From contig CM052817.1 of assembly GCA_028534125.1 (NCBI GenBank), forward strand, positions 104,348,001-104,412,000: 64,000 nucleotides of DNA, given 5' to 3'. Below, one piece after another: positions 25,629-35,626 of the stretch. Position 1 is the stretch's first letter, and every line of letters begins with the position of its first letter. The DNA comes from Lama glama. Lineage: Eukaryota. A program made the position numbers and the translations under genes. A model generated the notes under the pieces. That model was not told where the DNA came from and did not search any database. It saw only the letters and a program-made list of their open reading frames with translations.

Positions 25629-27318
25629 CTCCAGAGAAACTCAGCTTGGGCAAGCCTTGGCAGATAAACTTAATGAATGTTAAGTCAGGGGAGGGTTGAT
25701 TCACCCCGAGACAGGACGAGGATGCTGCAGCCCTGAACATAAACCGGCTCCTGCTCAGTAAACAAGAACACGGGAGCAGGTATGGAAGCGAGGACACACG
25801 GGTCATGAACTCATCACTCACCAGAGGCTTTCCTTAGGGCCTCCCTCGATTTCTGTCCTCAGAGTTCGTTAAGGGTAGAATGAACTGCGAAGGTCTGCAG
25901 TGCAGAGAGGAGCTGCATCCTGACTGATTTAGAGAGAAATCGAAACCATGAAGTCTTCTCATCTAGGCTTTCTCCTTGACTGCACATATAAAATCGTAAA
26001 TGTTAAAACTGGGCTCCGAATGCTTGCGCACATTTTATGTCCCAGTGCCAAGAGCGTAGGACTTGCATTTTGTCTCTGTGCTTTATGTTGTACCCTGAAC
26101 ATTTCAATATAATTAGAGCCTTGTCATGTGCAGTAGGAAGATACGTGATTATTTTATAATGAAGGAGACTAGAGCAAGCTCATCAGATGGCCATTTATGT
26201 TTTCATTATCCTAGTAAACATGAGAGAAGTGTATGGCAGGAAACTTGACTCCAAAATAGAAACATTTAAAAAAAATTTGAATTATTAGTTAAATAATTTG
26301 GATAATTTTAAGTCTTTATAATATGTGTTTACAATGGTCAAAGAAGTGGCATTAAGGGATATGATTTCTTCTAAAACATTCTGAAATACAAAAACCTTCA
26401 TTCTCACATTAAGGTTGACTTTGATTTTATCTATATGTGATATACATAAATCTAATATATATTATATAGATCCAATATGTAGTATGTAAATATTAGGTGA
26501 ATATAATATATATAATATAAATATTATATATGTATGTTTCTTTTCAACTTTCTGTGCTCATAGAGGGATTTGGACAATCAGGACAATTTTGAAGGTAAAG
26601 TAGCCCAAATAATGCAGCTTTGCTTTAAATATCCAATTAAGAAGGTATTTATTTTGGTACATGACCCAAGTAATTGTTGGAACTCTTCTCTTTCTTATCT
26701 GCAACACATTCATAGTTACTTTTGACATTTTTCTTTAAAACAAAGTACAAGTAATACTTCTTTTCGCCATTGGGAGAACAGAATTTTTTGAAACTGGCTT
26801 CATAAAAAGCTGTGTATTAATCATATAGGCCAGACAGTCAAATGTGAAATAAAATAAGGAATAATTGGAAAGAGCTGAATAATACAAAGTAAGCAAGCCA
26901 TTTTTGGAAGAATGAAATTCCAGTGAGAGAGGCTTTTTAAAGACAAACCTGAAATACAAATAACAGCCTCAATTTTCTGTTTCATGTAGCTAGTAAAAGT
27001 ATGGCATTAACTATCAAAAGGGGTACCTTAATTCTTATCCTATTCGCTTACTTCCCATTGCTGAAACAGAATAAATTATTATTTGGCTTGAAGGACCAAT
27101 GACATCTGACAATATATTGAGAAAGGAAAAAAAGGTTTTATCAGTGTTTCTTATCCCAAAGAAAAATATTCTATAATGTATATTTCACTAAAACAAACCC
27201 AATAACCAAAGTAGGTGTGGAGAAGGGAAGGAGGAAGAAGGAGGTTATGTGTTGTTCTTGATGGTTGGAGACTCACTGGAGATGGATGTTTTATTAGACC
27301 GCAGTGCTCCCAGGCTGT

Positions 27319-28205
27319 GTGTGTGGCTTTGTAACGTGTCCGCTTGGCGAGGCTGCACAGAGTTCCCGGCACCATGTGTTTTCCAGGAAGATGAGCAGCC
27401 AAGGGGGGCTCGTGGAGGGAGAGCTACATAGCAGCCCTTCCATCTTTCAGGTGTGCCGGCTCCTTTTGTGGGAGTGAGGCCGACTGCAGGCTTGTAATTT
27501 CTACTCTGGGTCTTCCTTTAGCTTCTCCACCTCCTGGACTCAGTGTCAAAGGGCCTCAGCTTCTGCAGGACACCAGTGTCTTCAAGGGCAGGGGCAGCAA
27601 GAGCTGAATGGGTTCCAGTCTGTTCTCATGGGCTGGAACTCATGCTTGTGGTTTACAGCTCACCCTTGCCCCGCCTTCTTCACATCTATCTTTCCTTCTC
27701 CACTTCCTATGCTGTAGACATTAAGCTCCAGCATCCGACCCAACAATAGAAACTGCTTAGCCGGCTCCCACACTGTGTAATCTCAAGACTATATAACAGA
27801 GTTGATGAATGTTAGCCAAACCCATTGTGGTGATCATTTCACAATATATGGAAATCAAGCCATCACTTTGTATACCTTAAGCTTATACAGTGATGTGTGT
27901 CAATTATTTCTCAGTAAAACTGGAAACAAAGCAGGCTCAAAGATAGTAGTAAAGGGGATGGCAGGAAACCTTGGGAGGTGAAGGATGCATCCATGGCCTT
28001 GAGAGTGGTGATGGTTTCACAGGTGTATACTTATCCCCAAGCTCATTACGTTGTATACTTTAAATATGTATAGCTTTCTACATGTTGATCATACCTTAAT
28101 ATGGTATTTTTTAAATGAAAAATAAAACTGTATAACAAATCCTTTTGTATAGAAATATATATCTTAATGGATCTGGATGTCTGATAAAAATCTGACTTAT
28201 TAATA
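27319..28205 (+). mobile_element. ERVL-class LTR (LTR52/MLT2-like), interrupted by L1 sequence
   Basis: Starts 'tgtgtggctttgtaacgtgtccgcttggcgaggctg' and resumes after the insertion with 'tataacaaatcc...tggatctggatgtctgata...ctgact'. Confidence 0.5.
27799..28123 (+). mobile_element. L1 3'-end insertion containing two tandem L1 termini
   Basis: Two L1 3'-terminal motifs (about 27799-27930 and 27950-28123) lie inside flanks aagactatataaca (27785-27798) and aaaactgtataaca (28124-28137). Confidence 0.7.
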
Positions 28206-28913
28206 GACTAAACATCTTATCAGCATCAGGACTTGTTATATTTTTCTAGTTTTAAGAGGATTGTCTTCCAAATACAAATGATTTATGATTGCATTGTCAC
28301 TATCCTAATAGTAATCCTTCATGATTATCTCATTGGGTGCATTTTATTTTTAGAAGTATGAACAGACACATCGCTAGACATTTTCTGTGGAGTCTTGAAC
28401 TTATAGTTGGATTAAAATTGCAATCTCAACAAGAAAAAATCTAATGTCCTACCTACTTAGGTTTAGCAGAGGTATGTTTAACTAGTGAAAAATAAACAGC
28501 GTACACTTTCCAAAAAAAATAAAATGGAAAATAAATTTATAAGATGAAATATTAACCAACCCATAATAACTAAGTTAGTAGCTTTGAAAATTTGGTACAC
28601 TATCAGACCCACAGTGAATTTCTGAGTTGCTTTTGAAAAAGGCTTCATCCTTTCCATGCAAAGAAATGGAATTTTGTATGAACTCAACTCTACATTGCAA
28701 TAATATGCAATGAAAGCATCTTTTAATGTAAGTTTTATCTATCTCCAGTGCTTCATCCCTTGGGAAAATCTGTAACTAGAAGCAATTGTCAGCGTATGTG
28801 CAAACTGGTAAATATCAGCCCAACCAGAAAACATTTCAAATGACTCTGAGAAGAAAGTAAAGCCATCTCCCTACTCTCTCCCCAAGCAAAGGATTGGAGT
28901 AAATTGGCTACAG

Positions 28914-29578
28914 TGTGTGGAAGATAGAAGAGTGGCCACATCCCAATCCCCAAAACTGATGAGTATGTTGTGTTACACAGCGAGAGGGAATTAGAGTTGC
29001 AGATGGAACTGAGGTCACTAATCAGTTGATTTTAAGACAAAAGAGATTATCATGTGTGATGTGGGTAGGCTCAACATAATTAGAAGGGAGTTTTTTTTAA
29101 CAGAAAGAGGGGAGTGGAAGAGTCAGCACCAGAGACAGCATCACTGGAAAGACCTTGTCTTGAGGGGGCAGTATAGCTCAGTGGTGGAGTGTGTGCTTAG
29201 CATGCACGAGGTTCTGGGTTTGATACCCAGTACCTCCATTAAAAAAAAAAAAATAAGAATAACCTAATTGCTCTCTCCTCCAAAATAAATTAATTAATAT
29301 TTTTTAAAAAAAGAAAGACCTTATCCTTCACTGCTGGCTTTGAGGGTGGAAGGGGGCCACAGTCAAGGGATGAGGGCAGCCTCTAGGAGCTGGAATAGGA
29401 GGGAACAGATTGTCTCCAAGAGCCTCCAGAAGGAACACCATCCTACTCATAGCTTGATTTTAGCCATGAGATCCATTTCAAACTTCTGACGTCCAAAACT
29501 GTAAGACAATACATTTGTGTTGTCTTAAGACACCGAGTTACTGGTAGGTTTTTACAGCAGCAGTAGGAAACCAATACA
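28914..29578 (+). mobile_element. MaLR LTR (MLT1D-like), interrupted by a SINE
   Basis: 'gttgcagatggaactgaggtcactaatcag...gctggctttgagggtggaagggggccac...cagcctctaggagctggaa...gagcctccagaaggaac...acagcagcagtaggaaaccaataca'. Confidence 0.8.
29162..29312 (+). mobile_element. Vic-1-type tRNA-derived SINE
   Basis: tRNA-like head. TSD gaaagaccttgtctt (29147-29161) and gaaagaccttatcct (29313-29327). Confidence 0.9.
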
Positions 29579-30540
29579 CATGGCATCAGAACAAAATGAG
29601 TGACTACAGTCAGCATCTTTGAAGGAATGAGCGGCTCACATGAGCTCTCTAAGTCCTACTGAAATGGAATGGAGAAAATAGCAATAAATGTGCAGTTAGA
29701 CAAAATTCACAAAAAGGAAAATGTACCCATAATGAGAAAACCATAAGGAAATGTTGTTTCCCCAGATTTCTATCGTTTAGAAAAGAAAAAAAAATTAAAA
29801 GAGGAAGGAAAATAATTAACATTTTTAAATGTTTAAATTAAAAAATAACTTAAATTAACATGTGCAATACTGACTAACTTACATCTCCATGTCCCCTACT
29901 GCATTATATGTTTTGATTATGCAGAGTTCATTTCAACTCAATGTAGATTAAATCGAATAGTGACATTCCCAACTGGACTACCAGATGGAATCACATTTTA
30001 ATTAACTTTTCGACCAGCATACAGATGTGCTTCTTGTGATCATTATCAAGAAACCATTCGCAAAATGAGAAGTCCTGGTGGCAGATCATAGCTTGGAATG
30101 ATTGATCACATCGTGAGACCATTAACCTTAAAATGCTTTCAGTCATTGATTGACCAAATGAAGAAAAGGCTTATAAACCATTATTGAATGTATATCTAAG
30201 GCACATTATTGTGTACCTTTCGGGAGATTAAGTGAAAGGAAATATTTGCTTGATAAAATAATGATCCGTGTATTGTTAATTTCCCCAGAAAGTCACACAG
30301 TTTCTGAAATGAAACTGCCATACAGCAATGAAAGCGTAAGCCGTAAGCCGTCAGTAAAAGAACTTACCTGCTACCACTTTTTGTTCTTCTCGTCACCGTA
30401 ATAATTCCGACTCATATTTGATGCTTTAGGAATAATAAAATAAAGCCCCTAACTTCCAAATCTTTACACTTTGAAAAAGATCACTAACATGAATAAATTG
30501 TCCTTAAATAGGAACAAAAAATCGAAATGAAAATAGATGT

Positions 30541-30692
30541 TTCTAACTACCTGAGGGCCTGTCTTGCCAGTTTTCCTGGAGCACAGAGTACCTTGTTCTT
30601 ACCTTTCAAGCTGTATTGTAGGTCAGCGACTGCAGTGGTTAACAATTTGATCATTGTAGAGCTGGATGGTGAGTGACATTAGTTAGTTTGCA
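30541..30692 (-). mobile_element. Truncated 3' LTR of the provirus (U3 start only)
   Basis: Aligns with about 35465-35626 of the 5' LTR. No homology to the rest of the LTR is visible left of about 30541. Confidence 0.8.
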
Positions 30693-30989
30693 GTGCCCCC
30701 CGTAGGTCATAAATCAGTAAATTTTGGGAGGCACTTCATGTCCCATGGGTCTTAGGAAGGCTTACTCTTAGGTCTGGTGAGGATTTCTTTGGTAGGCCAC
30801 TCAAGGTGTTCTTACTGGACTAGGCCCTGTTAACTGTGGCCAAATCCAGACCACCTGTTTTACTAGTCTGTTATGGTCCAGGAAATAATTTCCTCTTGTT
30901 GCTTTTTCCCGTATCTAGAGTTGCACCGTTACAATCATTGACCTCGTATAGAGCCATGTATTTGGTCAGTCATTTCCCGCTGCCTAGTC

Positions 30990-32430
30990 ATCATGATTTT
31001 ATTGGAGGCTCCATCACACACTTAGTAATGCGAGAAACACTAATCTTGTAAAATAGGCAGAATACAAGTAATATAGAGTAATCAGGACTTAAGTCAATAT
31101 TTAAGCCAACAGCTTCCAGCACCAAACTGGTTTTAAAGCAAAGATCTGATTTTTCATGTGGTTCATTAAATGCATTATATTGAAGGATCTATCTGGTATA
31201 GATTCTACATTCAGTCTGAATGATGGCACCGGTGCCTTCCTGAGATGCTGTAAGGACACTGAGGGCCATGCGGTTTTGTAATAGCACTTTTCTCACCACA
31301 GAGACCTCAGAAGTCAGTAGGTTAATAGCTCTATTATTGTTGATTGAGGTCTGTTGAGTGAATTTTGTTAAGGCTTCCATATGGGTGACTACATACCCCA
31401 ATCCTCCTGAAGGCACAAAAACAGCTTTTAAGTGGTCATGCCAATAAAATACAGATTTCTTGATGCATCAAACTTGTACAGTGGTAAATTTGCTGGGGTC
31501 TTATATAAATTGGCACTCAAGTAGCCTTGAGTCCAAGGAACTTCTAGGGTACATCTTTCTGTCCATCCTGGCAGAAGCCAGGGCCATAAATGGGTCCCAC
31601 AAAGCTGTTGATTTCCATGAGGTGTGACCCATATATCCCTGGTCATCTGACCCATTCTGTTCTGTATCAGTTGCTGTCTTTAAGGGTAATAATATATCGG
31701 CGTTGTTCATAAGGCATCCAGTCCAATTTGCTAGTGTGATTAGGCTGACTATCCTCAGTATAAACAGGCCTTTAAACTTAAATGGCCATAGGCTGCTGTT
31801 ATCCATATAAACCCATCCCATAATTGCAGGAGAGTTTCTCCTAATAATCAGAGGCTATATTTTTAATATGATTTTCTTTTATTAAATTCTTTATAAAATT
31901 TATTTTTGTTTGTGTTTTATTTATTTATTGGGGAGAATAATTATGTTTGTTTGTTTGTTTATTTTTAATGGGGTTACTGGGGATTGAACCCAGGACCTCA
32001 TGCATGCTAAGCACGTGCTCTACCACTGAGCTATACCCTCCCTCCCCTGGAGGTTATACATTTTGACTGAACTTCAGCTCTTTGTTCTGAGTGAGTTTAG
32101 TAGTCTTTAAAGTAAATTCGTACTTACGGCCAGGGTTAGAGAAGATATTAGGGATTGGCCAAGTGATGGGATTCCATCTAGTGATCCAAGAGATGGCCCA
32201 AATGGACCTATAACTTCTTTCTTCTGAAATATGAATTTTCTGAGGGCCGTCCAATCAGAGTCCTGGAAAGCAGAAGTCCACCAAGGTCCCCAGAAGTAGT
32301 GGATGTCGGTAATTGACTACAAAGCCAACAATTGGATTGGTTTCTAAAATTTGCCCAGGATCGTGCCCACGATAGAAGAACTTTTGATTCATATGCAAAA
32401 GTCTAAGAAAACACTGTAGATGGTCACACA
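30990..32430 (-). pseudogene. env: Retroviral envelope (env) remnant, frameshifted and SINE-interrupted
   Basis: Minus-strand segments read FAYESKVLLSWARSWANFRNQSNCWLCSQLP (CWLC at 32319-32330), PWWTSAFQDSDW, LCGTHLWPWLLPGWTERCTL, KKSVFYWHDHLKAVFVPS, EALTKFTQQ, LLQNRMALSVLTASQEGTGAIIQTEC (ISD at 31261-31284, degenerate CX6CC) and IPDRSFNIMHLMNHMKNQI, then a hydrophobic anchor. Confidence 0.9.
31861..32047 (-). mobile_element. Vic-1-type SINE inserted in env
   Basis: Antisense head 'ggggattgaacccaggacctcatgcatgctaagcacgtgctctaccactgagctataccctccc' and a T-rich tail. Approximate TSD gaggYtata on both sides. Confidence 0.9.
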
Positions 32431-33719
32431 GATCAGATCTGGCCTATTAGGAGCTGTCTACTTCTGATGTTGTTTTTTTCTTATCCTGGTGTGGGTGTCA
32501 TTTCTCCTCTGTTTGAGCTTTGATTTAGTCATTTTGAGGTCAGTAGTCCTTAGACCAGTCCAGTGCAGACTTTAGGCAACTTGAAAAATACATCAATTAG
32601 AAATCTCAGTGCTTAAAAACCTTAATTTCTAGTGAAAACTAAGAAGTTAGCAGTTATGAACTGTCTTTTCCATTAGCATTCTATAGATTGGCAAACCTAT
32701 AAATACTATTTATAATTTCTAAAAACATGTGTTCTTATAAAGAATGTCTCAGAGTGACACTAACACATTTATGAATAGTCCTGTGTCTTCAGCTTCTCTG
32801 TAAAAGGAAGCCTGTGTTCAGTAACTAATGCTTCAGCATCTTGTTTTATGTGGAAATGATCTAGATGTCCAATAAGCTTTCACCATTCAACTTAACTTAG
32901 CAAAACTCTGAAGTTTCAAGTTAGCAAAAGTCTGGAGATACTATTTAAAGTAGACATGCCATAAAACATAATTCTTCCTGAAGACACAGTTAAAAAACTT
33001 CTTATCTCATTTGTATTTATTTTACTTCTAAAAATTGTATCATACCAAGTTCTCTCCCTTGCTGACAAACTTTATAACAGAAATAATAAGATCTTATTTG
33101 ACTTCTAGAAAATGTAGGTCTGATGAAAGTACTTAATATTGATGACTCTAACATTCATGTCTGTAGCAATTAAACCAACAAATTTAAAATAATTTTAATG
33201 CCAAATATTTATTTAATATTGACTATTTCCCAGATCACGTGAACCAGAAATTCATTTGAGTTGGTTTCGGTTCTATTTCTGAGAATTTATATAAGTGCTT
33301 AATTTTCTCTAAGCCAATTAAATAGAGCTCATTTACAAGTTAATTTTGTCAGTACCATCCAGAGGTAGAGACATATGATGCCTATAATGTACTCACAGAC
33401 ATATAGACACACACAACTAGAGAGCGCATAGCTCGACTTTAAAACATAGTCCTGAATCAGGTATTACAATAATAAAGTAAAACGCACTAATTTTATAAAT
33501 GACAGTTGGGGTAAGTTTACTTGCTTGAGTTTTAAAACGGTCTCTTTTCCTTTGTCTTTTTGTCTCCATCTCAGGAATTAGAGATGGTCTAGAAAGAGTT
33601 AAGATAAGAGCTCCTGAGAGCTCCGGTAGAACATTTACATCCCAAAGGCACGGGGCGAAAAATGCAAACTCCTCTTAGAAGGGCTTGATCCCTTAGGGTA
33701 AGAACTCTGAGAAGATGTT

Positions 33720-33948
33720 TTATCAAGCTGGCTTTCTCTGACTGCGTATGCAAAACCCAGTTTGCAAATCTGAAAAAGGGCCCCAATTTGGCCATTTGAG
33801 GTTGAGATCCCCTTTAGTATAGTTTCCCCGATTAAGTAAGTACCTGCAAGTCGAAGGCCCGTAAGTACATAGACCTGGCTGGGGTGTTCGTGGGCGTTTC
33901 CTACCTGACACCCCCTCATTTCTCTGTTTAGGAAACTTTATTCCCCAT
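33720..33948 (-). pseudogene. gag: gag N-terminal (matrix-like) remnant
   Basis: Minus-strand ATG at 33948 gives MGNKV (MG start). After a frameshift it reads TYGPSTCRYLLNRGNYTKGDLNLKWPNWGPF, resembling the ERV1 gag 'YGP..C.YL..W...T...L.L.WP.WG.F' pattern. Confidence 0.6.
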
Positions 33949-34122
33949 TTTAAAGTTGGTTTTATTGGGATAAAATAACTAATGAAACTGTATGGTGGGC
34001 TGATGTGCTGTTTGCGAGCTTAACTCCCCTAGGTGCCCTGCTAGAGTCATCTCAGCTCTTTTCGTGTCTCAGTTTCTCTCTCCAGAAATCTAAATCTGCC
34101 GTGGGAGTTTGAAGCACTGAGT

Positions 34123-34597
34123 TGTTGCTGGAGAATAAGTTCTCTCCTCATGCAGGAACGAATTCAAGAGCAAGGCACAGTGAAGTGAAAGCAGGTTTAT
34201 TTAGAGAGACGCACTCCATAGACAGAGTGGGGTCTGCCTCACTCAGAAGGGAGAGCGGCTTAGGAGATATACTCTCTTAGAGTGGCTTAGGAGAGCGACC
34301 AGGAGGTGCAGGGTTGTTAGTTTTTATGGGCTCGGTAATTTCATATGCTAACGAGTAAGAGGATTATTCTGACTATGTTGGGAAAGGGGAGAGGATTTCC
34401 AGGAATTGGGCCCCGCCCACTTTTTGCCCTTTTGTGGTCAGCCGAGGCACTGTCATGGTGCCTGTGGGTGTGCATGAGGCTCAAGGTCTACTGGAAGTCG
34501 AGTCTTCCGCCATCTTGGTTCTAACCAGTCTGTCCTGTCCTCAATCATTGTGTCATTCCTTCAGTGGCTGTGCCCTGCCCCCTTCCCTCCTGTCTCA
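34123..34597 (-). mobile_element. Unrelated ERV1 solo LTR nested in the provirus leader, 475 bp, with 4-bp TSD
   Basis: TG...CA termini with GAGT on both sides (34119-34122 and 34598-34601). The minus strand starts TGAGACAGGAGGGAAGG and contains the YY1-type motif CAAGATGGCG near 34510. Confidence 0.9.
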
Positions 34598-35137
34598 GAG
34601 TGACCCACTCTTATACTGTGCATCCCTGGATAAGCAAGTGTTTAATTAATGAGGGGATTCCCAATGAGACAGCAGCCCAGCATGAAAGGACTTGCCTGCA
34701 TCACTCCCATAAATTTTTCATAATTTCCCATAATTTTCTCAGCTACGTGAGAAAGCCATAATCAGCTGGGAGTACCTCTTCTTTGGAGCAGAGAGCTCTC
34801 ATGACATCTTCACTTGCACCCTAACAAATTCTATTAAGGTAGTCAGATTGACGGAAGACGGCCAGCCTCCCACCGAATCCCCCAGCCCAAAACACTCAGT
34901 GTTTTTCCACTGAGCAAACCTTCCTGAGTGTCTCTCAGCTGAGAAGTCAGGTACCTTTTTATCAACCACCAAATGAAACTCAGATTGTCAAGCAATAACA
35001 AGAGATCGGAGACCAGAAGAGACTCACCCAAATTCATCTGGACTCACCAAGGAGATGGATAGGTACAAGGGACCCTTGCTGGTACCAAGGCCCCTGGTCC
35101 TTGCAGAGTTCAAGGGATGGAGAGGAGTCTGCTGTAG

Positions 35138-35155
35138 GTCCCTTTGTGGTCACCA
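35138..35155 (-). other. Primer-binding site, tRNA-Arg type
   Basis: Minus-strand TGGTGACCACAAAGGGAC lies 4 nt from the LTR end. It differs from the Arg(TCG)-complementary TGGCGACCACGAAGGGAC only at two CpG positions. Confidence 0.75.
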
Positions 35156-35159
35156 GACC

Positions 35160-35626
35160 TGTTGACTGAGAAAAAAAAGTACAACACGAGAGCTGTGAGT
35201 TTCAGGTTTACTTGGGGACTTACTCAAGACTCTCGCCCCAGAGACAGCTTCTTAGATAGCGCTGAGGAACTGCTCTGAAGAGATAGGGGCGGGGGTGGCG
35301 GGCAGTGTATGTGTGATTTTGGCAAAGGGGTGTGCAATCAAGCGTGCATCTTGGTAGAAGGTTACTGCTAGTCACATGGAGCAGATAGCTCAGGTAATGA
35401 TCTTGGTGCCTTTGTAAGTATGAGAAGATGCAAGAATCCATGTTCATAAAAATTTCTCCTGGAATAATCTGAAAGCCTGTTTTGCCTTTTATCCCCAGAA
35501 CACAGAATGCCTCATCCAGATTATTGCCCTAAATTTCTTTCAGGGTATATTCCAGACCAGGAACTGCAGTGGCTAATGATTCAGTCCTCATAGAACCAGG
35601 TGGCAAGCGACATTCCTTAGTTTGCA
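35160..35626 (-). mobile_element. 5' LTR of the provirus
   Basis: The minus strand reads TGCAAAC...AGTCAACA, adjacent to the PBS, with an AGTAAA poly(A)-signal variant at 35207-35212. Confidence 0.85.

Larger units (their letters stand above)
30541..35626 (-). mobile_element. Decayed non-autonomous class I (ERV1-type) provirus: LTR-PBS-gag remnant-(no pol)-env-PPT-truncated LTR
   Basis: Two homologous LTR ends (35561-35626 vs 30627-30692, 46/66 identical by hand alignment), a PBS, gag and env motifs in retroviral order, and a purine-rich PPT-like GGGGGG next to the 3' LTR. Confidence 0.85.

Noticed and set aside
31189..31821. env ORFs as a functional syncytin-like gene
   Set aside because: Split across frames with stops, a SINE insertion, a degenerate furin site and loss of CX6CC cysteines.
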